64,000 nucleotides of DNA from Octopus vulgaris (GCA_951406725.2 OX597832.1:64542001-64606000), one strand, 5' to 3'; shown: positions 12,155 to 26,825, counted from the first letter of the stretch. The notes: a model not told the origin generated them from the letters alone. Made by a program: numbers and translations.

Positions 12155-13479
12155 CCCTAAAAATATGACTATGAACAGTTCTCTGTCCGAACACGCAAAC
12201 AATCATTTCCCATATAACTTTGAATCTTGGCTATCAACAGTTCGCCCTGTTCGAACAAGCAAGTAGTCATCTTTCATATAACTTTAGAACCCTGAATATC
12301 TACAATTTCTGCTGAGAGTATTTAAAATTTCATTTCTTTCTGATTATTCGTATATGTAAACATCTTTTATCGCCTGACCACACTTAAACACCTCCGGCTA
12401 CCTAAGTTAAGCAAGTTCAAAATAAGCGACACCCTGTGAGTACACAATCCCTTAACCCTTTCTAGCCTCTCGAACACACAAACATCTCTCTTAACCAAAA
12501 AACAAAAAAAAATAAAAAATAAATGAAATGTCTCCGAAATCCAAAACGTAGAATGCTTTCCAGAATTAATAACAAACGCAGAAGTTAAGCAACTGTCATA
12601 TTTAAAAACAGCACGCTTAAGAAACGTGTAAAACAGAGCAAAACTTCATCCATAGAAGAAAAATATCAACAGTGCGTGTGATCGGTAATCAAAACAGACC
12701 AAGGTGAGTCGGTTCTCTTCCCGGCCTACCATCGCTCTTATCGATTGTGGTGGTAGTAGACATATATGTTGACTTTCGCTGACCGCATGCGTGTGCGATC
12801 ACCACCGTCATCATCTGTTGAACTTGTTTATAGACTGGTGACGCTTGGCTGAGGGGCAGTCAAGCTGTGACCGTTCCTCCTACCTTCTACTCCTTCTCCT
12901 AAGTTTCATGTACTTGTGACCATCTCGCACTGAGATTTCTCTGGCAGCTGCTCATAAACTGACAGCAATAACAATGATGATAACGAATACACTGTTGCTA
13001 TGGCTACGGAGGTTGGTCGCAGCGACAGAGACAACGGCAGCGGTAGAGATAATCAACGATGACCATTGCTGCTGTAATGACAGGGTGGTGGTAAATGTAA
13101 CCGCAATAACTGGAAGTGATAAAGGCAAAGACAACTTCGGGGAATTTGAACTCCAAACGCGAAGACAGACGAAATGCTACTGATTTCAGAGTTCAACTAG
13201 TGCTTAATTTATTGACCCCGAAGAGATAAAAGGCAAAATCGACCTCAGCGGAATTTCTTGCCAATAAAGAATGAACCGGCGTCTAACCTAGATCCAAGGC
13301 TCTTCATTGTAACAACAGGTTATTTTTGTATGTATGTATGTATGTATGTATGTATGTATGTATGTATGTATGTATGTATGTCTGTATGTATGTACGTATG
13401 TATGTATGTATGTGTGTGTGTATGCATGTACGTGCAGATTTGTATGTTTTAGGTATGTATTCTCATGCGTATAGTTGCA

Positions 13480-14172
13480 TATTAAACATGCCATATATAT
13501 TTAAATGATAATCTCCTGGAAAATTTTACAGATATTTACAGTTCTAGTGATGGATTTGATCTGTAGTATTCGAATTAGCTTTCTTCTTTCTGATATTCAT
13601 AATCTGAATATAAAAGCTGGGGGTTTCGAAGCAGTTGTCCGAAGATATCCTCTTCTTTTTCGATTTTCAAAGAGATATTTATATCTGTAGGACAGCTGAC
13701 CTCTATGATGGTACATACTTTTGTCCCTCTGTCCCAAACAACAATATCCGGCCTACAATCGACAGAAGTTTTGATGGGAATATTCCACCAGTATTCAATG
13801 AGTTGATGTTTATGAATGTATCCCACAACAGAAGGATCGTTAAAGTTTATTTCAGGACAGTCTTTCTTGCAGAGGCATTTTAAATTGTTTTAGCGACAAC
13901 ATTGTGCCGCATAGGGAGGTAGTACCGTGATGACATTTCAGGACAGCTGCTAATCACATGCGTAATGTCTTCTACAAAAACATGACATATCCTACACATG
14001 CAGTTGCACGTTGGGATTACAAGAGTGTCACTGTATTTCTTGTTCACCAGGTACTCGTGGCAATCTCCTGTTCCTGGATTGCAAAGGCATAGCCTTCAAA
14101 GTGTAATGTGATGTAGTGGTCTTGTGTCCAACAGAGGCTGCACTTCGTGTCAGTTCTACTGTCTTCTTCAAG
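13480..14172 (-). mobile_element. R4/Dong-type non-LTR retrotransposon remnant (zinc knuckle plus restriction-like endonuclease)
   Basis: Minus-frame peptides HFEGYAFAIQEQEIAT, CRICHVFVEDITHVISSC...RHNVVA (CCHC plus RH motif) and WWNIPIKT..RPDIVVWD...IIEVSCP.D.N; stops and frameshifts present. Confidence 0.88.
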
Positions 14173-14187
14173 TATGTATATATACAC

Positions 14188-14581
14188 TTTACTCTTTTAC
14201 TTGTTTCCGTCATTTGACTGCGGCCATGCTGGAGCACCGCCTTTAGTCGAGCAAATCGACCTCGGGTCTTATTCTTTATAAGCCCAGTACTTATTCTATC
14301 GGTCTCTTTTGCCGAACCGCTAAGTGACGGGGACATAAACACACCAGCATCGGCTGTCAAGCAATGCTAGGGGGACAAACACATACACACACACACATAT
14401 ATATATACATACATATATTCGACAGGCTTCTTTCTGTTTCCGTCTACCAAATCCACTCACAAGGCATTGGTCGGCCCGGGGTTATAGCAGAAGACACTTG
14501 CCCAAGATTCCACGCAGTGGGACTGAACCCTGAACCATGTGGTTGGTTAGCAAGCTACTTACCACACAGCCACTCCTGCGT
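14188..14581 (-). mobile_element. SINE family A, full length
   Basis: Reverse complement of the 1033-1384 element. Confidence 0.9.
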
Positions 14582-14612
14582 ATGGTTTATATATGGTTTA
14601 TATATATATATC

Positions 14613-14925
14613 GTGGCACTCTGTCGGTTACAACGACGAGGGTTCCAGTTGATTTGATCAACGGAACAGCCTGCTCGTGAAATTAACGTGCGAGTGACCA
14701 AGCACTCCACAGACACGTGTACCCTTAACGTAGTTCTCGAGGATATTGAGTGTGACACAGGGTGTGAGAAGGCTGGACCTTTGAAATACAGGTGCAACAG
14801 AAACAGGAAGGAAGAATGAACGAAAGTTGTGGTGAAAGAATACAGCAGGGTTCGACACCACCCCTTATCGGAGCATCGTGGAGCTTTAGGTGTTATCGCT
14901 CAATAACCACTCACAACGCCCGGAT
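14613..14925 (-). mobile_element. SINE family C, 5'-truncated
   Basis: Reverse complement of the 6870-7162 segment. Confidence 0.88.
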
Positions 14926-15682
14926 TAGTAACAGTATTATACGTACTTCCAGTTTTATGTTTGAGCTTCTGTTCTGTGTGAATTGGTAACTGAAAAATTT
15001 GGAGTAAAGAAGGAATATGGTTGGACATTTATTTTTAATCCCTACAATTATTTCTCCGCAACGTAGTTCTCCAGGCGTGCAGGTGCTTGAATATGCAACC
15101 GTTTCTCTGCATCATGAATTCTAGTTGTGTTTCGCCAGTTCAAATTCTCGGCTTCAAGAGCACCATCTCTGTCTGTCGAGGTCTAAATTTCGTAGTAGTT
15201 ACTGAGTCTATCAAAGTGTGTTGTTTCTGAATGACCGTTGGCAAAGTGCTTTGAATGTGCAGATGCAATGGGGTGGCGATTCTGATACTGTTAAAGTGAT
15301 GGCCATTTTAAAGGGATTGTCATTTGATTTCTTTGTACTGTTGATTTGTTCAACAAATAACCATGAAGTGATTGTCATACTAATCACAATCATAAAAGCA
15401 AAAAAAAAAAAGAAGAGAAAAGCAAAAATGCAAAAAATGGTCTAGTGAGGATATTTAAAATGACAAACACATTTGTTGTTTTTCGTTATCATTTCCTTTT
15501 GTCCATTGAATCCCTCAACCCCTACCTTTACCCATTAATAATTGTAGTTTAGACTTTTTAATGGATTATCTGGTCAGGATCTCATCTCAGTTTAATTATT
15601 TACTCTTGTATATGTATATAAAATATTTGAATGTAGGAGTGTACAGATATCTATAAATGTACGTATATATATAAATATATAT

Positions 15683-16905
15683 AAAAGCAAGGTTTACGAA
15701 AATAAACAAAAGACGAAGGCAAGTGGAGTACCAACAAACAAATGTATTAGTATAGCGCTCAGGAATAGAAATAGAAAAAGTCTTTTACGTTTAGAGCCTA
15801 CGCTCTTCGACATATATATATGTACGTTGCTCAACCGGTCACTCTTTGCAACACCTGTCTGTGTTCGGATTGTCCTTGCACAGAGGCCATCCTGACTCCC
15901 GTTTGCGCCGTGAACAGGGATTAATCTTCCTGCTTCGCTCTTTTACGCCATTTGGGCTCAACTCTCCTCGCCTCTTCATCTAACCTCCTCCCCTTGCCTC
16001 TATCCCCCTCCCCTACTTCCTCCCACCCAACTCTCCTCTCTAGGCCCGGCTCCTACTTCTCTTCACGCATACTCTCTTTTCCTCTTCTCTCTTTCTCTCC
16101 CCTCTTTCCCTCTTCTGTCTTACTCTCTTTCTCTCTTTCTCTCTAACACTCTTTCTCTCTTCCCTCTTTCGCTCTTCTCTCTTATTCTCTTTCTCTCTTC
16201 TCTCTTACTCTCTTTCTCTCTTCTCTCCTCCTCTCTCTCCTCATATACCCACCTTCCCCTCCCTCATAAGCCCACCCCACCCCTACACATTTCTACTCGA
16301 CCTTCCCATCCCCCATCCCATCCCTCATCCCATCCCCCATCATATCCCACACACTCTCTTCCACATACTTCACCTCTACACCCCTCTGCCTACCCACAAA
16401 CCGCAACTCTAGCCCAACCCTCAGCCGAAACCAAACCCCACCCGTGCTTTCTCCACTCTCGCCTCCCCCACCTCCCAACAGCATCATACCACATCACACT
16501 ACACTATACAACATTGCACATTACATCACAACACACCACCTACACACCCATCCCCACATTTTCACACCTACACATACATACACGCACAGGTCCAGACCAC
16601 CAGCCCTCTTTCACACACACATACATACTCTCTTATACACACACGCACCTTCATGTTGGGGTCCATCTTTACTTTGTTATCTCCTCTACGTCTTACCCCT
16701 CGTGTGTGACCCTTCTGTCTGGCAGTCGCCATGATAGCCACTACACACATTTTTTTCTCTCCTTGTTTTTTCTGTGTCCCTTTCTGTAGAAGAGCGTAGG
16801 CTCAAAACCTAAAAGACTTTTTCTATTCCTGAGCGTTATACTAATACATCTGTTAGTTTTGCACACCACCTGTCTTCGTCTTTTGTTTTTTGCGTAAACT
16901 CTCCC
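15683..16905 (+). mobile_element. 5'-truncated Penelope-like element with inverted terminal arm
   Basis: About 120-bp arms at 15683-15812 and 16785-16905 are diverged reverse complements. Interior holds a GIY-YIG C-terminus then a pyrimidine-rich UTR. Flanked by (TA)n. Confidence 0.82.
15834..15983 (+). pseudogene. Penelope GIY-YIG endonuclease C-terminal remnant
   Basis: TGHSLQHLSVFGLSLHRGHPDSRLRREQGLIFLLRSFTPFGLNSPRLFI*, matching the GHS...R..E...I..L....P.GLN pattern that ends PLE ORFs. Confidence 0.8.
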
Positions 16906-16929
16906 TATATATGTATATATATGTATATA

Positions 16930-17198
<269 letters not shown>

Positions 17199-17610
17199 TT
17201 CAAAGAGAATTTAAAACTACTCATTCTAATCCTTTATAATCACGTCTGCTAGGTGGTTTTTTAAAAAACCTACATATTGAAATAAAATTTTCATTTCATG
17301 ACAGCAAAATAGTTAATAAAAGAGGCCAAAATAAAACAAAATATTATTAAAACTTAAGTAAATATCATAATAAATGTTAATAAAAATGATTAAGAAGCGA
17401 ATAGAACCGTTTTATCTCGAATGAATGAAATTCACCCTAAAATAGCTGCTAAAATTTGTAATTTGAAAACATTGAAGAAAATTTATCAGAATCGGTAGCG
17501 ATTTTGAGAAAATGTTGAGGCCTGCGTTACACATTTTAACTTCTCGTGGTTAAACACTGGGGATAATGTTTTTGACGATACTCAAATAAAATGGAGAAAC
17601 AGCTAGCCAT

Positions 17611-17910
17611 AGACGCAAGCATGGTTGCGTCGTAAGAATTTTGTCTACCAACCACATGGCTCTGGGTTCAGTCCTATTGTATGTCACCTTGGGTAAACGT
17701 TTTTATGATGTACTTCGGGCGACCAAGAGGTTCAAAGTGGATTTGATAGACAGAAACTGAATGAAGCTCGTCGTGTATATGTATAAATATGTGTGTGTGT
17801 ATGTGTGCGCGTGTGTGGGTGTATGTCTGTGCGTCTGTGCTCCCACGACTGCTTGGCAAGTGGTGCTGGTCTGTTCACGTCCCCGTAACTGAGTGGTTGT
17901 CAAGTGGTGT
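17611..17910 (+). mobile_element. SINE family A, degraded
   Basis: CCAACCACATGG..GGGTTCAGTCC..GTGGATTTGATAGACAGAAACTG. Confidence 0.75.
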
Positions 17911-18003
17911 TGGTGGACACACACGACTCAAAAGCACACGCAGTCAGATATATATATGTATATATATAATATAGAATATATATATATAATATATATGTAT
18001 GTA

Positions 18004-18053
<50 letters not shown>

Positions 18054-18084
18054 CATATATATGTCTGTGGTATATATATATATA

Positions 18085-18179
<95 letters not shown>

Positions 18180-18380
18180 CAGATAAATAGACAAACAGAT
18201 GGATAGATAGCATAACAACCTAACGTCATCCAGGGTTTATCCAGTAATGAATAAAACACGGCTGATAGAAATATTGCTAACTTCACAATTACATGATACG
18301 ACATATCTAACTTCTAAAGCTGTCGTTGTAATCTCATCCAGAAATACTCCACCAGACTCCCTGGATTAGATTACTCTACT

Positions 18381-18480
<100 letters not shown>

Positions 18481-18689
18481 TTTGGGGATTGTGATATTGA
18501 CGTGCAAGTTGTGCTCTCACCTATTTAAGTGAATACACAGAGATATGGCCCCAGTTGACATTTTCATCCCCTTGACATTCTCATCCCCTTGACAGGTCAA
18601 AAACTTTCGCATCTCTGATTTGGTTCATTACACAAAACTATAACTAGTTTCATTATTGAAAGAAACACTACGACGACGAGGACGTGTGT

Positions 18690-18828
18690 GGAGAAGATAA
18701 TGGCGACGGTGATGACGATTGTAGTAGCCGTGTCTGTATGATGATGATGATGATGATGGTGATGTTCAGAATGCTGATGATGACAGTGAAGATGACGATA
18801 GTGAAGGTGATATTGATCTTGACGGTAG

Positions 18829-18875
<47 letters not shown>

Positions 18876-19115
18876 TTGATGATGATGATGATGATGTTGA
18901 TGATGATGATGATGATGATGAGTGTGATGATAATGATGATGATGATGGTGCGGATGAGTGTGATGAGGATGCCATGATAGTGGTGATAATGATGATGATG
19001 ATGATGATGATGAGGGCAACGACGTTGTTGATGGGGATAATGATAATGTGATGATGATGGAAGCAATAATGACACTGATGATTATAATGTTTACGAGTAT
19101 GGCCATGATGATGGT
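18690..19115 (+). repeat. Imperfect (GAT)n tract
   Basis: Seen directly; source of the poly-His/Met/Ser ORFs. Confidence 0.95.
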
Positions 19116-19119
19116 CATC

Positions 19120-20215
<1,096 letters not shown>

Positions 20216-20943
20216 TTATTATTATTATTATTACTCCTTCATACTTCATCCTTCGCACCGGTGGCAAATAAAATAAATCATCGATATTATTGGAAATAAC
20301 TATAACTATTAGAAATCACAGGATGTGCTGACATAGACAAAAATGAAGCGTGTATTTAGTCTCAGCGCTTTACGTCCTGAATTCAATTCCCACTGAAACT
20401 ACCTTTACCTTCCATTCTCTCGGGGACTACAATGACGAAGTAACTTCTATATGATTACATTATTTGATCGATATCCCCCAAAAAAAGAAAAGCAAAGTTG
20501 ACCAGTGTGAATTTGATCATAGGAAATAATTCATGGTGGTCCGCTCGACGCACCAGTGACTGCCAAAACCTTGCTCTTAAATTTTTTTCTAGGGTATTGA
20601 ATTAGGCCATTAAATCCTTTGGAAAGAAAGGCAACGTTGACCTTACCCCACTTGAATTACACCTCAGAACGTAAAGAGACGAGAAACTAAAAAACTAAAA
20701 ACACTAAAAAAACAAGCAATAATAAATCTCTGAACGAGGTATAAACAGTAGCTGCACGACAATGTGCAGCCACATTTAAGTGGCAAATATACTTCACATT
20801 GTCGTGCAGCTACTGTTTACACCTCGTTCAGAGATTTATTATTGCTTGTTTACACCTTTTCGAGATCAGCGCCTTTTCTTCACTGGAAAAAGGATATATG
20901 TATTTGCATTGGTACCCCTTCGCATCAACGACCGGTGATTGTC

Positions 20944-20986
20944 ATGCGCTGACAACGGGTAAATACCCAGAAACCCGGGTCTGTGC
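20944..20986 (+). ncRNA. Minimal hammerhead motif, degenerate (copy 1)
   Basis: CTGACAA C GGGT-aaat-ACCC A GAAA CCCGGG TC; palindromic stem III ACCCGGGT; GUC site; core G8 changed to A. Confidence 0.65.
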
Positions 20987-21296
20987 GTATCACGTCAGGT
21001 CGACGATGGGAAGGATGGCCTCTCTTTGCAAATACTGATAGGGCACAGAAATTGTGTCAATAGCCTGCTGGAGAAGTTCTCATGGGCTACAATCTACAGT
21101 AGCATCCACTCTTAATGGTTAGCCACATTTAAGTGACAAATATACTTCACATTGTCGTGCAGCTACTGTTTATACCTCGTTCAGCGATTTAGTATTGCTT
21201 GTTTACACTTTTTCGAGATCAGTGACTTTCCGTCACTGGAAAAAGGATATATGTATTTGCATTGGGACCATTTCGCATCGACGACTGGTGATTGCC

Positions 21297-21341
21297 ATGC
21301 GCTGACGGCGGGTAAATACCCAGAAACCCGGGTGTTACGCA
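21297..21341 (+). ncRNA. Minimal hammerhead motif, degenerate (copy 2)
   Basis: CTGACGG C GGGT-aaat-ACCC A GAAA CCCGGG TG; core A9 changed to G; homology with copy 1 stops at the predicted cleavage site. Confidence 0.6.
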
Positions 21342-21374
21342 CACACGCATAAACACACACACATATACATGCAC

Positions 21375-21540
21375 ATAACAAGTTTATTTTCAGTATTCAC
21401 TAGCAAACCCAATGACAATCTTTGGTCGGCCCGAAGCTATAGCAGGCGACAGCTACCCAATGTACCGCGCATAGGGGCTGAATGCAGAACCATGTGGTTG
21501 GAAAGAAAAATACTTACCACACAGCCGTGCCTCTGCCTAT
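21375..21540 (-). mobile_element. SINE family A 5' half, degraded
   Basis: ACCATGTGGTTGG...CTTACCACACAGCC...GCCTA. Confidence 0.75.
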
Positions 21541-21549
21541 ACACACACA

Positions 21550-21580
<31 letters not shown>

Positions 21581-23058
21581 TTATCAGGCGCAAAGGCATT
21601 GCTCCTAGGTTGTAGATTGATTCTGTCGCAATAAGACAGGCATAAATAATTTATTCAATCGACCCCTAATGAGTAATATTCAGCGTGGACATGAGCATAA
21701 AATTGAACTCGTAACCTAAAGCCATGCAGTTAAAACGCTGTTAGTCATTTGTTTCCTTGGCTGAACTGCTACTATTAATAACGAATAGACTATATAATTT
21801 TTGTGTGGATAATTAAATCAATAATGATTATGGTATAAATGTTAAGAAATAATTTGACGATGATGATGCTGCTGCTGATGAATCAGATGAAGCTGCTGCT
21901 GATGGTAATGAGGAAAAGGAAGTTACTACTGCTGCCGCTCTTGATAATAATATTCTTGATGGTGCATCACGATGATGATGCTAATGATGACGCTGACGAG
22001 GATGCTGATCATGCAGTTAGTGGTGATGATAATGATTATGGCGATGATGATCAGAGGTGTGAAGATGGTGCTTACGCTGCTGCTGTGAATTATGAGGATG
22101 ACGATGGAAACAACGATGTTATTGTTGCTGTTGTTGTTGGTGGTGGTCGTGGTGACGGCGGCGCACTAATGATGCTGATCAGGCTGCTGATGAAGGCGCC
22201 GCTGTTATTATAGTTGCTGCTGCTGCTGCTGTTGCCAGAGTCAATGATGTTGAGAGTCGTGGTGTATATTACCATAACAGTAATAATATTGATACTGACG
22301 TCTAAGGTGATGACGATGTTGTCGGCAATGTATTTGATGAAGTTTATGATGATGATGATGATGAGGATGATGGTAATAAGTAGGCGAAGAGCGGGAAGGT
22401 AGGCAGCTTTTAAGAGAGGATATTTAGTCAATGACGCAGTAAATATCGTATAGAGATCAAAAGGTTTGGAAACAATTGAGAGACCGGGAAGAGTGGAATA
22501 TTATTTTATCAATGAAAACAATTACGGGCGATGAAAATGTGGGTCGAAAGATAGAACACAGGCACACAGATACACACACACACACACGCACACACACACA
22601 CACACACACACAAACACGCACACATATATATTTACAGGTATACCTATACATATGCATATATATGCGTGTATATATGTATAGCCATCTCAGTATTGGCGTC
22701 TATATATAGATATATGCATACGCACATATGTAAGTCTCTTTCTCTCGATACACGCACATACACACACACACATGCACACATATATATATACGTATGTGTA
22801 TATATATATATGTTTATATCTATCTATATATATATATATGTATATATATGTATATACATATATATATGTATATACATATATATGTATGTATATACATATA
22901 TATATATGTATATGCATATATATATATATATGTATGTATATACATATATATATTTATATGTATATACACACATAATACGGACATGCACACATGCATATAC
23001 CTACATAGATAGATACAAACATATATATGCGTGCATAGATCCACAAACACAAATACAC

Positions 23059-23108
<50 letters not shown>

Positions 23109-23206
23109 ACACATATATATATAGATGCGTAGATACACACATATATGCATAGATAGTTACATACATATACATATATGCGCGGATATATATATATATATAT
23201 ATATAG

Positions 23207-23291
<85 letters not shown>

Positions 23292-24761
23292 TGGATTTAG
23301 ATTAAACGTGATTTGAGAAAAAGATTCTTTATGAAATCTCGTATATAGTGTTGGAAGCAAATAAATTTTCTGTCGTAATTAACTTTCGATAATGCAACCC
23401 CAATAAAACAAAACGAAAGCAAAAACGCTAACAAACATTAGAAAGGAAATATAAAAAGACTAACAGAATATACGACCAAAATTATTACCATCAACAATAT
23501 CTACCATAATAGGCTATAGAACTACGACTACTACTACTACCACTGCCACCACCTCCACTGCTGCTGCTAATTTTGATTCCGCTTAATTGCATACTACAAA
23601 AACTGCACAGCTCGGATAATTCAATAGCTTTACAAAATACCGTATCGCGGAATATTAATCGGTTGCTTCTTGTGCAAATCACACAAATTTCGTTTAACTG
23701 CATAATTTCTTTTTTTCGGAATTTCGAGTAAAAATTAGAGAAATGTAGTGTAAAATTAAACGTTTTATTGATTTCATATGAATAAAGTGTTTCTGGAAGC
23801 TTCCGTTTTCATGATAAAGTTAAAATGACAGTAGTCGGTACTTGGTGTTTACAAACAAACGTTATCAAACGAATAAAATATATTCAAAGTTATTCTTACG
23901 ATTTCAATGAATGAAAGATGATTGATGTTCAGCTTCTGGTGTGTTTTTATCTCATATTTAATTGTGTAATATCATTCTTCAATAAACAAATCTTTATTGT
24001 AGATTTAAATTTGTGAAAAGATAGTTTTGAATTGAACGATGAAAGGAAGACATTTTGATGGTTTCATTATTGAGTATATTAACCTCTGAATGTTACAATT
24101 ATATATATCTTTAATCTTTTATCTTTATTCTTCTTGCAGTCGCTCGACTGCGGCCATGCTGGGGTACCACCTTGAAGAGTCCTACTCGAGTAAATCGACC
24201 CCATTTTTCATAGATTGTTTTCAAAGTCTGGCACTTACTCTATCAGTGTCTTTTTGCCGATCCTCTAGGTCAAAGGGACGTAAACAAACCAACATCGGTT
24301 GTCAGGCGTAGGAGGGAAAACACAAAGTCACACACACATTAGGTCATTGAATGCACAAAACTTGTCCTCATTTTACTGTAATTAGGTACAGGTAATTTTA
24401 AGAGAATATTAAATTGATCACAGGTATTTTATTTTATCGATGTGCAATATTTGATCTCATCAGGATTAAACTCACAACATAAAGGGAGAAATTAAATACG
24501 GCAAGAAATCTTTTTGACCTACTTACTATTCTGCTGACCTAAGGATCCGTGAACTTCCCGAATCTTTTTTGCGGGTCGGGGGGTAATTGAAGAATAAATG
24601 GCACAAATATGGCGGTGTTGTTAAAATTCTCGCGTTGCTACCACATAGTTTCGAGTTCAGTATCATCCCGCAACACCTTGACCAAGTCCCTTCTAATATA
24701 GCTCTGGGTCAACCAATGTCTTGTGAGGGAATTTGGAAGACAGGAAGCGTATGGAAGTCCA

Positions 24762-24809
<48 letters not shown>

Positions 24810-24913
24810 GTGTGTGTGCTCGTGTTTGCAATTTTCCTCTCTTGATTAATGATGCTGGTTTGTTTTTGTTCGCGGTTCGGCAAGTGGATCATAGAATAAG
24901 TATCAAAGTATCA

Positions 24914-25146
24914 AAGGCGGTGAGCTGGCAGAATCATTAGCACGCGTGGCGAAATGCTTAGTGGTATTTCGTCTGCCGTTACGTTCTGAGTTCAAATTCC
25001 GCCGAGGTCGACTTTGCCTTTCATCTTTCCGGGGTCGATAAATTAAGTACCAGTTACGCACTGGGGTCGATATAATCGACTTAATCCTTTTGTCCGTTCT
25101 TGTTTGTCCCCTCTATGTTTAGCCTCTTGTGGGCAATAAAGAGATA
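24914..25146 (+). mobile_element. SINE family B, full length, nested in an old SINE A with a 15-bp duplication
   Basis: AGAATAAGTATCAAA at 24893-24907 and 25147-25161; SINE A-like sequence on both sides. Confidence 0.9.
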
Positions 25147-26454
25147 AGAATAAGTATCAAAATTAACAACAGCTGGAGTCGATCGGCTGGATGAAAGCCT
25201 TCAAGGTAGTGCTCCGCCGCGTTTGCAGTCCAGTGATTTATACAAATGAGAAACAAAATAAAGGTCTATCATTTCTGATTTCGCTTTACTCCTCTAATTC
25301 CTCCTTAGTCAATACATCATCATTTTTCTCGTCTTTTAGTTTTTCCAACAACCTTATTTAAGCATTCGCCATTCCTTCGAAGAACTGTGAATTTCATAGA
25401 TTAAACGGTTGGCTCCTAAAATGATGGTGAATGAATCCTATAAGTTTTGAATCAAGCCCCATTCTATTTTTGACCATTTTTCTCCGAATTTCATTTTCCT
25501 CAGGGACCATCTCCAGCGTAAGGATGTTGGCTGGGTCGTCTGGTGATACCCAATGACCCATTCTCTGCTCGGGGACGATGAGATATTTTAATCATTTCCT
25601 CCCTCGAAATCAGCCCTTCATGTTGATCATACTGGGAAGGGGGCAAAACTGTTTCTGCTTTGGTCAATCTGGGAGGGCCAAAGTAGCAGGTTTAATAGGG
25701 ATAATCTTCCTTCATAAGGCTCCGTTATTTTTGCCATTGTCCCTGCATGCCTTTTCCTTCCATATTTTCTCGTTTAATTTTTTCCTTTTGACCAGATATC
25801 CCTCAATTAGTTCTTTCTCAGATTTTCTGCCATCTTCCACCTGTTTAGTCAACACTTTACCATATAGACAAAGCGTATTCAGTGTTATTTTGCATCTAGA
25901 AGTATCTTTATATTCGAACCAGTCACATGTTGCTGAGGGCCATTCACTCAGCACCTCTTTATACTGTACCACTGAAGTAACAACAATGCAACAACCTACT
26001 CTCATCAATATCGTTGGCCATGAGCCTTGGATTCCTCTTGCACACAAAGTATGGCTAAATACTTGGCTGCGGTACAAATATTTTGCAATATTTTTATGAC
26101 AGATTTTGCATTTTTGGTTCAAATCTGATTGGTATAAATTGTGCCTTTCATCACTCCGGGGGGAGGGGGGGGCGATAAAACCAAGTACCATCTAAGGGGC
26201 GGAATCGATTTAATCGACTACGTATACTCCATCTGATTAATATATTTAGCTTCAAGCCTGACACAAATATTAGCACAGTATCAACAGCTTCCTCACCATT
26301 GACGTGATCGTGATCGTCTTCGTTCGAATGCTATTGCAGATGACCACAATCCATTGATGTTTTCATGATTAATGGCAGAGCATTATCCGGATGATTGCCA
26401 CTGGCCATCAACAGAATTTGATCCCAGGCCAGACAGAAAGAGAACACTTATCTT

Positions 26455-26660
26455 AATTCTTTATTGCCCACAAGGGGCTACACACAGAGGGGGACAAACA
26501 GGGACAGATAAAGGGATTAAGTCGATTATATCGTCCCCCCCCCACCAGTGCGTAACTGGTACTTATTTAATCGACCCCGAAAGGATGAAATGCAAAGTCG
26601 ATCTCGGCGGAATTTGAACTCAGAACGTAGCGGCAGACGAAATACCGCCAAGCGATTCTT
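26455..26660 (-). mobile_element. SINE family B
   Basis: Core motif plus tail TTTATTGCCCACAAGGGGCTA. Confidence 0.88.
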
Positions 26661-26753
26661 TGCGTTCCGAGCTTTCAATGGTGAGTCCTATTTCGGTGCA
26701 TTTACAAGTCCTTGACTGGAACTCAATTATTCCACCGACCGAGCAAGAATATA

Positions 26754-26825
26754 AAAGCGAGAACAAAAAAATAGTAGAAAGCGAGAACAGAAAAATAGTA
26801 AAAAGCGAGAACAAAAAAATAGTAA
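26754..26825 (+). repeat. 24-bp tandem repeat, three copies
   Basis: AAAGCGAGAACAAAAAAATAGTAR three times, one substitution in the middle copy. Confidence 0.9.

Larger units (their letters stand above)
20710..21341 (+). mobile_element. PLE/retrozyme-like element: 353-bp-period direct repeat with 57-bp inverted 5' arm
   Basis: 20768-20980 repeats at 21121-21333; 20710-20766 is the reverse complement of 20795-20851 (56/57); each direct copy ends in an HHR-like motif. Confidence 0.8.

Noticed and set aside
15060-15120. Minus-strand APARLENYV, similar to a Gypsy integrase end
   Set aside because: Too short, with no LTR or further integrase motifs seen.
18597-19118. Poly-His ORF resembling a metal-binding protein
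   Set aside because: It is the complement of a (GAT)n tract that is open in several frames.
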